From Macrostomum lignano (taxonomy: Eukaryota): a stretch of DNA of 64,000 nucleotides. This document shows positions 27,301-38,421 of this stretch, piece by piece. Within the stretch, counting starts at the first letter, position 1, and every line of letters starts with the position of its first letter. The translations under genes were made by a program, and so were the position numbers. Where the stretch lies: assembly GCA_002269645.1 (NCBI GenBank), contig NIVC01002407.1:1-64000 (forward strand). Direction: 5' to 3'. Under the pieces are notes generated by a model. The model saw only the letters and a list, made by a program, of their open reading frames with translations. It was not told the origin of the DNA and did not search any database.

Positions 27301-27709
27301 GCCGCTGGTGCTTCTTCGGAATATCAACCCGCCGCGGCTGTGCAACGGTACACGGCTCATCGTTCTCACGATGGGCGATAATGTGCTGCGCTGCAAGATT
27401 GCCGCCGGTCAGTTCACTGGAGACGAGATCCTGCTGCCGCGAATTCCGCTGATTCCAAACAATGCGGATCTACCAGTGAGTTTCAAGCGGCTGCAGTTTC
27501 CGGTGAAGCCGAGCTTCTGCCTTACAATACACAAAGCACAAGGACAATCCCTGGAGACCGTTGGAGTTGACCTGGCTGTCGGTTGCTTCACTCATGGTCA
27601 GCTGTACACGGCGCTGTCACGGGCGAAGAACGCCGCGAATGTTCGCGTCCGGATCTGTGGCACCAAGACCAGAAACGTGGTGTATCCAGAAGTGCTCACT
27701 GGAGATTAG
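21385..27709 (+). CDS. Helitron RepHel transposase (STPR-like repeats + OTU protease + Zn finger + HUH Rep + PIF1/SF1B helicase); 9 exons, ~1740 aa, one frameshift near 26085
   Basis: Exons 21385-21794, 21982-22566, 22642-23226, 23365-24161, 24419-24761, 24957-25275, 25359-26379, 26463-26859, 26945-27709; all GT-AG and phase-compatible, summing to 5222 nt (one nt short of in-frame). Motifs: 23-aa ETEAERxARLEEQRQRDAQRR repeats; GDGNCFF...HYE (OTU); CNHC...CC; EYQKRG|LPHVH (HUH); KYVIKY; DAPAGTGKT (Walker A); IVWDE; GDFRQLLPV; TIHKAQGQS; HGQLYTALSR. Confidence 0.9.
24262..24340 (-). repeat. Short inverted copy of the 20.6-kb 23-bp repeat in RepHel intron 4
   Basis: CTCTGGTTTAGCCATGATTCAAACTC is the reverse complement of the 20590-20915 monomer. 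Confidence 0.8.
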
Positions 27710-27970
27710 GCGATTTCCAGGCGTCATTGAAGTGAGTATTACTTGTGTCATTTTGTCTGTGAGTGTCGCATTGGTATCTGTGTTTAATAGTGATCACAAG
27801 TAGTTTATCCTGATATGTAAATGGCCCGCTGAGACATATCAGGCAAATCCTGCTTTATTCACCTAATAAATTCAAATTAGATGGGATCATAATGGAATTG
27901 AGATCAGGGATTACCTAGGCAAAATGATTAGCTAAATTGGGTTCATTGCATAACAGAACTGAGCATAACA

Positions 27971-28850
27971 GATCCCAATCCTAAATTCATAGAATCTCTT
28001 AGATCCCAATGCTAAATTCATAGAATCTCTTAGATCCCAATCCTAAATTCACAGAATCTCTTAGATCCCAATGCTAAATTCACAGAATCTCTTAGATTCC
28101 AATCCTAAATTCATAGAATCTCTTGAATCCCAATCCTAACTTCACAGAATCTCTTAGATCCCAATCCTAAATTCATAGAATCTCTTATATCCCAATCCTA
28201 AATTCATAGAATCTCTTAGATCCCAATCCTAATCTCATAGAATCTCTTAGATCCCAATCCTAATCTCATAGAATCTCTTAGATCCCAATCCTAATCTCAT
28301 AGAATCTCTTAGATCCCAATCCTAAATTCATTGAATCTCTTAGATCCCAATCCTAAATTCACAGAATCTCTTAGATCCCAATCCTAAATTCACAGAATCT
28401 CTTAGATCCCAATCCTAAATTCACAGAATCTCTTATATCCCAATCCTAAATTCATTGAATCTCTTAGATCCCAATCCTAAATTCATAGAATCTCTTAGAT
28501 CCCAATGCTAAATTCTTAGAATCTCTTAGATCCCAATGCTAAATTCAGAGAATCTCTTAGATCCCAATCCTAAATTCATAGAATCTCTTGAATCCCAATC
28601 CTAAATTCTTAGAATCTCTTAGATCCCAATCCTAAATTCATAGAATCTCTTATATCCCAATCCTAAATTCACAGAATCTCTTAGATCCCAATGCTAAATT
28701 CACAGAATCTATTAGATTCCAATCCTAAATTCATAGAATCTCTTAAATCCCAATCCTAAATTCATAGAATCTCTTAGATCCCAATCCTAAATTCATAGAA
28801 TCTCTTAGATCCCAATCCTAAATTCACAGAATCTTATATATCAATCCTAG
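27971..28850. repeat. 31-bp tandem repeat (GATCCCAATCCTAAATTCATAGAATCTCTTA), ~28 copies, downstream of RepHel
   Basis: GATCCC at 27971 and 28002 (period 31). Confidence 0.95.
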
Positions 28851-31789
28851 ATCATTGCTTAGCCTAATTGGGTTCATTGCATAACAGAACTAAGATCATT
28901 GCTTAGCGTAATTGGGATCATTTGGCATAACTAAGTTGGGATCCTTGCATACTAAATTGGGATCAAGGCAAACCAGAATAGGATCGGATACAATCGGATC
29001 CCAATTTAGTTGTGCCATGAAAGTTAATAAGTAATAGTGAAATTAATGTAGGTAAATATTAGGTGAATATATAGCAGGTTGGCTGCATATCAATGGGCCT
29101 TGAGATTGTGGTTGAAATAACGTGTTCGCTGCTTTTTCACGATTCAGAGGTTCTTCCACTCTAAAACTGAGGGTATGCAGCCATGAGAGAGAGGTTTGAA
29201 GCAGCTTCAGCAAACCTAGAGACTTGTGATAGCTAAGCTTTTTGTGTGACGTTGAGTGCGTGAACTTAACTTGCCCCAGTGAATGCCTCTGACCAGCAGT
29301 TCAGAGTAAAGCAAGCCAACAAGCAGTAGGATTGACACCATTATTCTTGCAGTCAAATGCAATGAACTGTGCAATGATACTGTCTTGTTGGCGGAGCCTT
29401 CTGCAAGTGCATCATGTTTACTGTTTGTGGGTAATATTTTTAGGTGCAATGCAATTTTTTCTTTTTTCATTGAACTGAATCCCATTACTGTCCCATTACT
29501 GTCGTTTTCTGACATTACTCAGTAGTCACAACTTGTTTCTGTCGAAAAAATAATTTAACAAACGAAAGAGGAAAATCGCTGAATTCTCTACATTTGGAGT
29601 TTGTTTTCTTATAATGTCATAATGATATGTATTTGTATAATAATAATTTTGCCAGATGCTCACTCAATTGTTGTTGTTTTGTTGTTTTCAATGTGTTTTG
29701 CAATTGAAGAAATACAAAAAATGTTTCAATGGACAAAGACCAGTCCCATGATTCATGAATCTGCACACCTGGTACCTGCCTTATTCTATTTTAAAAGATA
29801 AATTGTCAGGCATGCATTTATAATGAAGAATGATACAAAATGGATTACTAAGAAAAGAGGTCAGATGAGAAATAGGATCTGATCAGAACTGGAATCATTA
29901 AGAAAAAGAAAGGAGATTAGAAATTGATCCATTGATATTTAATTAGCCATTGATATGAGCTAACCATTTTGAACTATCAAAATGGATCTAATTTGAAATA
30001 GACTTTTATGTCATATAGGATTTGATTCAAAATAAGATTTGACAATGTGAATGAGGCATATAAGAAAAGAGAAGTCTGCTGAGGAGTGTGACTAGAAAAG
30101 AAAGGGGGAATTTAGCATGATAATATATATCATATATCATGCCTATATATAGCCAATGTTAGCTTTATTAAAAGTGTCAAACCAAAGGTCGAAGGATGTA
30201 GCTCCAGTTGCTTTTGCAAAGTCCATTCACAATGAGATAGCTGCATTGAACTGACTCTTTAAGTCATTTATTATAATAAGAGGGGCCTCATTCAAGGGCA
30301 ATAGTTGCAATGCTGAGCTACTTATTGTTCGGAACATTGCAGTCGCAGTTAGTACGATGAGCAGGGCTAAGAAATTCACTTACAAATGAAGAAAGTAAAA
30401 AATTTCTCGGGATGTGTATAAAACTGTAGTACACATGAGCAATACATGCAACAAGAAAATCGGAATAAAGCAAGTCATTTCTCGGAAAGTCGCAATTTCT
30501 TGGAATATTATTTAATTTATTTTCAGTAACAACTAAAAAAGTGATCTCAACAGTTTCATAAACTAAATAAATAAAATAATTTTTATCAAACACGTTGACA
30601 TATACAGGGCTCTAAACTAAAAAACTGTAAAAAGTTGATAGTTTTGTTTTACCTAAAATGCATTATTAACGATCTCCAAAAATTCCTATTTTAAGCTTAA
30701 GCTTAAGAAAGACACTTAAAGTACTCCTGCTAAAAGGTATATTATATTAGACGAATATTAATTATTTCTGCTCCCCGAAGGGGGGCAAAACTTTAGCTAG
30801 TCCTTCTTAATACTAAAAGTGGTGCGTTGTTTGTTTGTGTGTTGCAATTTTTCTCCTAGACTACTGGCAAGTCAGCGTTGAAACTTATATGGGAAAACTG
30901 CAAATTTTCCGGATTGGGTTTATAGCAATTTTAATCTTTCATTTTTACATTTTAAGATCCCTAGAAAAGCAGAAAACTGTTTTTTTAACCCTCAATAACC
31001 TTCTTTGGCCACTCTGCCTGGGGCTGCAGCCAGTTTGTAAAAATAGCCACCCAACCTCCGCCCGCGGGCCGCTGTGTATTGAGGGGTGGTGGGTGCGCGT
31101 GTTCCGCGTTCAATGCAAATAACCCCCGCGTGTTGGGGGGTTCAATTAAATTTAACGATTCCCCCGGAATGGGAGGGGGTTGGGCTTGGGCTGAGTGTAC
31201 ATAGCAGTTGTACAGTGTAAGGAGATAGCTAGGACTGTGTCGAGATTTAATTGGTTTTATTATCGGCGGCATTCAATAGGCAGCCATGTGTATTTGCTGG
31301 GCAGTAAAATTTAATGAATAAACTTGCGAGCCTCTTTAGCAGGCTGTGAACGTACACTCGATACTTTAATGCTTTAAATCAGGAAATTTCAAGCGCTAAC
31401 TGTTCCTCGAGTTTTAAACTTTCAGAAGAGAGACTTATATTACTGGAAAGATCTTGCAATACTGAGTTCGGGGATATAAGTTGTTTGCTTTAAATGTGAA
31501 AACAAAAAGCACAGCATTTAAAAAACGATTTCCATACTTTTAACTTTCGGCAGTGTACTCATTTTGGAGTTCAATGGGGGTTCGACCAACCCCCCAAAAG
31601 TTGGTGGGAGGGGGGTTCAACTTTTAATTGCCACTGCGTATTGGAAGGGGGTCAGTCGCTGTGTATTGGAGGGTTGATTTAGTTTGCGCAATCTTTTTGT
31701 TAACTTTTACCGAGACTGATACTGACTGACTGTGAAATCGGTTGCGCATTCAATTAATTCAATTGGTTCAACACGCTGCTGCGTTGTAG

Positions 31790-31823
31790 CTCTAACCCTA
31801 ACCCTAACCCTAACCCTAACCAC
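31790..31823. repeat. Interstitial (CCCTAA)n telomere-type repeat
   Basis: ctctaaccctaaccctaaccctaaccctaacc; a homologous copy lies at 33312-33342. Confidence 0.9.
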
Positions 31824-31849
31824 TAAATCCTGAGAGTTGATTCTTTTTT

Positions 31850-32260
31850 ACGGAGAAAATTTCAATTCAGTCCAGTTTAATGGAGAGAATTTCTGTTTCG
31901 CGGAGACGATTTTGATGGATGTCAGTTTCACGGAGAGGATTTCCATGGAGTCCAGTTTCACGGAGAGGATTTCTGTTTCTCGGAGGGGATTTTGATGAAT
32001 GTCAGTTTCACGGAGAGGATTTCCATGGAGTCCAGTTTCACGGAGAGGATTTCTGTTTCTCGGAGGGGATTTTGATGAATGTCAGTTTCACGGAGAGGAT
32101 TTCCATGGAGTCCAGTTTCACGGAGAGGATTTCTATTTCTCGGAGGGGATTTTGATGAATGTCAGTTTCACGGAGAGGTGTTTGATGGAGTTCTCTTTTA
32201 CGGAGAAGATTTCGATGATGTTCAGTTTCGCGGAGAGAAGTTGGATGATGGGATTCAGGG
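31850..32260. repeat. 80-bp tandem repeat built from degenerate TTTCACGGAGAGGATTT subunits
   Basis: Identical ORF starts at 31919, 31999 and 32079 (period 80). The array is reduced to about one copy in unit 4 (~33360-33540). Confidence 0.85.
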
Positions 32261-32335
32261 AATGGCATTTCAGGGAATGGAGTACCGGTGATGGGAATTC
32301 TTCCCCTTTCTCCTCCAGAGGAGGAGTTGGCCTCG

Positions 32336-33616
32336 CTTAATACTAAAAGTGATGCGTTGTTTGTTTGTCTGTATGTGTGTTGCAATTTTTCTCCTAAACT
32401 ACTGGCAAGTCAGCGTTGAAACTTATATGGGTAAACTGCAAATTTTCCGGACTGGGTTTATAGCAATTTTAATCTTTCATTTTTACATTTTAAGATCCCT
32501 AAAAAAGCAGAAAACTGATTTCCTAACCTTCTTTGGCCCTTCTGTGGCCACTCTGCCTCTCCAGTGGAGGGGTTGCAGTCTGTTTGTAAAAATAGCCACC
32601 CCAACCTCCGCCCGCGGGTCGCTGTGTTTTTTGGGGGGGGGGGAAGTGGGTGCGCGTGTTCTGCGTTAAATGCAAAACCCCCGCGTGTTGGGGGGTTCAA
32701 TTAAATTTAACGATTTCCCCGGAATGGGGGGTTGGGCTTGGGCTGAGTGTACATAGCAGTTGTACAGTGTAAGGAGATAGCTAGGACTGTGTCGAGATTT
32801 AATTGGTTTTATTATCGGCGCCATTCAATAGGCAGCCATGTGTATTTGCTGGGCAGTGAAATTCAATGAATAAACTTGCTTTAAATCGGGAAATTTCAAA
32901 CGCTAACTATTCCTTGAGTTTTAAACTTTCAGAGAGACTTATATTGCTGGAAAGATCTTGCAATACTGAGTTCGGGGATATAAGTTGTTTGCTTTAAATG
33001 TGAAAACAAAAAAGCACAGCATTTAAAAAACAATTTCCATACTTTTAACTTTCTGCAGAGTGTACTCATTTTGGGTTCAAAGGGGGTTCGACCAACCCCC
33101 AACAGTTGGAGGGGAGTTCAACTTTTAATTGCCACTGCGTATTGGAAGGGGGTCAGTCGCTGTGTATTGGAGGGTTGATTTAGTTTGCGCAATCTTTTTG
33201 TTAACTTTAACTGAGACTGATACTGACTGACTGTTAAATCGGTTGCGCAATGAATTGATTCAATTAGTTCAATTTTTTATCGACGCCTTTCAACACACTG
33301 CTGCGTGTAGCTCTAACCCTAACCCTAACCCTAACCCTAACCACTGAATCCTGAGAGTTGATTCTTTTTGACGGAGAAAATTTCGATTCAGTCCAGTTTT
33401 ATGGAGAGAATTTCTGTTTTGCGGAGACGATTTTAATGGATGTCAGTTTCACGGAGAGGTGTTTGATGGAGTTCTCTTTTACGGAGAGGATTTCGATGAT
33501 GTTCAATTTCGCGGAGAGGAGTTGGATGATGGGTTTCATGGAATGGCATTTCAGGGAAAGGAGTTCCGGTGATGGGAATTCTTCCCCTTTCTCCTCCAGA
33601 GGAGGAGTTGGCCTCG
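32336..33616 (+). mobile_element. Non-autonomous Helitron (unit 4), diverged tandem duplicate of unit 3
   Basis: Colinear with 30806-32335 with substitutions and indels; same terminal hairpin CTCCTCC-AGA-GGAGGAG plus TTGGCCTCG. Confidence 0.75.
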
Positions 33617-34234
33617 TATATACTAAAAATGTGATGTCTATATATATGTGATAGATTAGAGAAAAAATGGCTGGACCGATTTTGTTCGAACTTGCACTGT
33701 TCGATCAGAAATTTTCCCGTGACGGTACATGCATCGTGGATAAGAAATTGCTCGATGCTAAAGGCATTAAATATTCGAAAAACATGCTTTTTTGCAAAGG
33801 TCAAGCAAACTTTTCGACTTGAAATGCATTGTAAGAATGCTAGAGAAAAAACTGACTGGTTGAATTCTAATTCTGAAATAGATTGCATCATAACTGAATT
33901 GTAACTCCGACTTGAATTGAAAATGCAGTGTGGAAGCGTAGCACCAGACTTGATTTAAATTGCGTAACCATATTGTTAACTGATACTGACTGACTGAGAA
34001 ACTGATTATGTCATAACTGCTTCGTGTGATTTACTCTATGCTTGGATTTTAAAGTGTTGAATTATTTAAGTGCAAAATTTCATGTTATCAAAACGATGAG
34101 AGCTAGCCTAGAGGTGAACAAACTGAACTGCCAAATGCAGCGACGATGGTTCGAATTTTCATAGAGTATAATTTTTTTAATTAAAGCTTTTCAACGTCAG
34201 GAAAACTAAAAGACTTTTTAAAAAGAATTGCGTC

Positions 34235-36385
34235 ATGTAAAATCATAGAAGCGTCATTAAAAAATCATAGAAGCGTCATGTAAAAAATCGTAGAAGCGTC
34301 ATGTAAAAAATCTTAGAAGCGTCATGTAAACAATCATAGAAGCGTCATGTAAACAATCATAGAAGCGTCTTTTAAAAAATCATAGAAGCGTCATATAAAA
34401 ATCATAGATGCGTCATTTAAAAAATTATAGAAGCGTCATATAAAAATCATAGATGCATCATTTAAAAAATCATAGAAGCGTCATTAAAAAATCATAGAAG
34501 CGTCATGTAAACAATCATAGAAGCGTCATTTAAAAAATCATAGAAGCGTCATATAAAAATCATAGATGCGTCATTTAAAAAATCATAGAAGCGTCATGTA
34601 AAAATCATAGAAGCGTCATTTAAAAAATCATAGAAGCGTCATGTAAAAAATCATAGAAGCGTCATGTAAACAATCATAGAAGCGTCATTTAAAAAATCAT
34701 AGAAGCGTCATATAAAAATCATAGATGCGTCATTTAAAAAATCATAGAAGCGTCATTAAAAAATCATAAAAGCGTCATTTAAAAAATCATAGAAGCGTCA
34801 TTTAAAAAATCATAGAAGCGTCATTAAAAAATCATAGAAGCGTCATGTAAAAAATCGTAGAAGCGTCATGTAAAAAATCTTAGAAGCGTCATGTAAACAA
34901 TCATAGAAGCGTCATGTAAACAATCATAGAAGCGTCATGTAAACAATCATAGAAGCGTCATGTAAACAATCATAGAAGCGTCATGTAAACAATCATAGAA
35001 GCGTCATGTAAACAATCATAGAAGCGTCATGTAAAAAATCATAGAAGCGTCATGTAAACAATCATAGAAGCGTCAGGTAAACAATCATAGAAGCGTCATG
35101 TATTGAATCATAGAAGCGTCATGTAAACAATCATAGAAGCGTCATGTAAACAATCATAGAAGCGTCATGTAAACAATCATAGAAGCGTCATGAATACAAT
35201 CATAGAAGCGTCATGTAAACAATCATAGAAGCGTCATGTAAACAATCATAGAAGCGTCATGTAAACAATCATAGAAGCGTCATGAATACAATCATAGAAG
35301 CGTCATGTAAAAAATCATAGAAGCGTCATGTAAACAATCATGGAAGCGTCATTTAAAAAATCATAGAAGCGTCATTTAAAAAATCATAGAAGCGTCATGT
35401 AATGAATCATAGAAGCGTCATGTAAAAAATCATAGAAGCGTCATATTAAAATCATAGAAGCGTCATATAAACAATCATAGAAGCGTCATGTAAACAATCA
35501 TAGAAGCGTCATGTAAACAATCATAGAAGCGTCATGTAAACAATCATAGAAGCGTCATTTAAAAAATCATAGAAGCGTCATGTAAACAATCATAGAAGCG
35601 TCAGGTAAACAATCATAGAAGCGTCATGTATTGAATCATAGAAGCGTCATGTAAACAATCATAGAAGCGTCATGTAAACAATCATAGAAGCGTCATGTAA
35701 ACAATCATAGAAGCGTCATGAATACAATCATAGAAGCGTCATGTAAAAAATCATAGAAGCGTCATGTAAACAATCATGGAAGCGTCATTTAAAAAATCAT
35801 AGAAGCGTCATTTAAAAAATCATAGAAGCGTCATGTAATGAATCATAGAAGCGTCATGTAAAAAATCATAGAAGCGTCATATTAAAATCATAGAAGCGTC
35901 ATATAAACAATCATAGAAGCGTCATGTAAACAATCATAGAAGCGTCATGTAAACAATCATAGAAGCGTCATGTAAACAATCATAGAAGCGTCATGTAAAC
36001 AATCATAGAAGCGTCATGTAAAAAATCATAGAAGCGTCATTAAAAATCATAGAAGCGTCTTTTAAAAAATCATAGAAGCGTCATATAAAAATCATAGATG
36101 CGTCATTTAAAAAATCATAGAAGCGTCATATAAAAACATAGAAGCGTCATTTAAAAAATCATAGAAGCGTCATGTAAAAAATCATAGAAGCGTCATGTAA
36201 ACAATCATAGAAGCGACATGTTAACAATCATAGAAGCGTCGTGTAAAAATCATAGAAGCGTCATGTAAAAAATCATAGAAGCGCCATGTAAACAATCATA
36301 GAAGCGTCATGTAAATAATCATAGAAGCGTCATGTAAAAATCATTGAAGCGTCAAGAAAAAATCATAGAAGCCTCATTTAAGAAC
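34235..36385. repeat. 23-bp satellite (AAACAATCATAGAAGCGTCATGT), ~90 copies
   Basis: CAATC at 34921 and 34944 (period 23). Confidence 0.95.
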
Positions 36386-37239
36386 TAATGAAAGTGTCAT
36401 TTAAAAAATTAAGAAGCGTCACGGTAGAATAAAAGAAACGTCATGTCAGACATGATGGGTTCATGTAAAAATTAAATGCAATTATAGTGCTGTGCTGGGG
36501 AGAAAAACTGAGACGTAAAGGCTCTCAGAGAATAACTGAGATTACGGGGGGGGGGGTTTCTGAGATGTCAAAGCAAAAGTCAGAAGCTACTTCAAAGTTC
36601 ATGTCACGGGGGGGGCACTGATAGAAGAAAAGTCATGTAAAAAATAAAAGTAGCACTATGTATACATAAAAGAAAAGTCATGTCGAAGTTAAAAGATTCA
36701 TTTGGGAATTGCTACGATGTCAAAGCTTGGTGGAAATCGTTATAGTGCTGTTATTCTTAAAGAAGGAATCACTAAAATGTCAAGGCTTAGGGGAGAAGAA
36801 TTGCTGAGATTTCAAGGCTTTAGGTTGGGTTAAAGTTAGGTTTAGGTCAGGTGTGGGTTGAGGGTTATATTTTATCGGGTTTCAAGGTTAACAGGGGATT
36901 TTTTAGATTTCAATGTTTATGGGGGCCATTGCTGACATGTCAAGGCTTACGGGGGGAATAGCTGAGATGTCAAGGCTCACGGGGGTATAAATGAGATTTC
37001 AAGGCTAAAGTCAGAAGCTACATGTAGTTTATTGAAAACTTTTTATTACATTATTTGATGCCTCCTCAGGGGAGGGATCGCTGATAAAAAAGCATAATGT
37101 AAAAAATAAAAGAAGCTTCATGTCGAATTTAAGAGATTCATTTGGGAATCCCTACGATTTTGAGGCTTGCAGGGAATCGCTATAATGCTGTAGTAGTGCT
37201 ATAATGACTCTTAGAGAGAATTACTGAAATTTCAATGCT

Positions 37240-37272
37240 TTAGGGTTAGGTTAGGGTTAGGGTTAGGGTTAG
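37240..37272. repeat. Interstitial (TTAGGG)n repeat within Helitron unit 5
   Basis: ttagggttagggttagggttagggttag seen directly. Confidence 0.9.
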
Positions 37273-37495
37273 AAGGTTGACAGATATTTTTAGATTTCCA
37301 AGGCTTATTTGGGCCATTGCTGAGATGTCAAGGGGGGGAGTTGATATGTTAAAGCTTGTGGGGGGGGATTACTGACATGTCAAGGCTTACAAGGTTTGAC
37401 AGGAGATTTTTTAAGATTTGAAGGATACATGTAGCTTATTAAAAAAACGTGTATTGCATTTCTTTGGCTCCCCAACGGGGGGCGTAGATTGCTAG

Positions 37496-37890
37496 TAGAT
37501 ACCTATAGAGTTAAAGAATTGCAAACAAAAACTATGTATACTTATTACCAAGGGGAATAGTTTAGATTTGCAGTTCTTTGCAGTAGATGTGTTCATTGCT
37601 TATTGATGTCATATCTCCATTAAGGAATGTGAGAAAGATTTTAGTCTGTTTCACCAAATGATAATAATTTAAAAACATTTTGGAGAAGTACAAGGATATG
37701 TACATAACTTTGCTCAAATGCATAAAGAAGCTGACTGCTCATCTTTTTATCAGAGAAGAGGCACAGTCTAAGTTTATGCAAGCAAGACCTATACCATTTG
37801 CCTTGAAGGACAAAATAAAAAATGCTCTAATCTAGGACTAGGACTAGAAGAAATGTAGCACAATGGAGTATAATAGAACCTAATATTAAA
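37496..37890 (+). mobile_element. Decayed Ty3/Gypsy pol fragment (protease C-terminus to start of RT); continuation of 11720-12796
   Basis: Translates to IDTY...YYQGE, LEKYKD, KLTAHLFIREEAQSKFMQARPIPFALKDKIKNAL and a G.IIEP-like remnant, the usual Gypsy PR-RT linker. Confidence 0.75.
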
Positions 37891-38421
37891 ATAAAAATTG
37901 AATGTGTTCACTGCATATTGATATAATAAAGTAAAGTAAAATGTTGTAGGACTACTTTTCTATTTTTTCTTTTTCCTATTATTGAATATCCTAAAGCTGC
38001 CACCAAAGTTGATGCAGGGATGAGCTTCCCTCTATCGGTTAATGTACTTTTGTATCAAAGTTCTAATACTTATTGATAGCGTGCCTACTTCTCTATCTAC
38101 TTCTAGATTGGTAGCATCTACTTATCTTATTGGTAGTGTCTATACATGTACTACACTCTTTGGCCTGAGCAGTCTAATGGCACTGTCTACTCTATTTACT
38201 CCTTTAAGTTTCCTCTCAGTCCTGGGCATCCTCTGGATTAGAGGGTCATAGCCTTATGCATTTTCTCTGCCCTGAGATGCTTTTCCTGCCCTGAGGCAAT
38301 TCTCACTTTTAGTGGTTTCTGATACTCCCAATGAAGGGCTTAATACTCTAGAAAATGAGTAAGGCTTTTTGAATATTGTAATCTAGTGATTTAATATAGG
38401 AACAAATATATTCAGAGCAAG

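Larger units (their letters stand above)
20010..30800 (+). mobile_element. Autonomous-type Helitron (unit 2, ~10.8 kb)
   Basis: Starts TCCTATATACT directly after the CTAG of unit 1 and shares its ~450-bp head. Contains the RepHel gene. Ends with hairpin GCTCCCC-GAA-GGGGGGC (30770-30786) and CTAG (30797-30800). Confidence 0.9.
30801..32335 (+). mobile_element. Non-autonomous Helitron (unit 3, second family)
   Basis: Starts TCCTTCTTAATACTAAAAG right after the CTAG of unit 2. Ends with hairpin CTCCTCC-AGA-GGAGGAG followed by TTGGCCTCG (no CTAG). Contains (CCCTAA)n and an 80-bp repeat. Confidence 0.75.
33617..37495 (+). mobile_element. Non-autonomous Helitron (unit 5) carrying a 23-bp satellite
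   Basis: Head TATATACTAAAAATG...GGACCGATTTT...GACGGTACATGCATC is homologous to units 1 and 2. Ends with hairpin GCTCCCC-AAC-GGGGGGC (37467-37483) and CTAG (37492-37495), followed by T. Confidence 0.85.

Noticed and set aside
31919-32385. Overlapping ORFs (MSVSRRGFP...)
   Set aside because: Products of the 80-bp repeat within a non-autonomous Helitron.
13380-36385. CRISPR-like appearance of the regular short repeats
   Set aside because: No unique spacers, monomers are contiguous, eukaryotic context, no cas genes.
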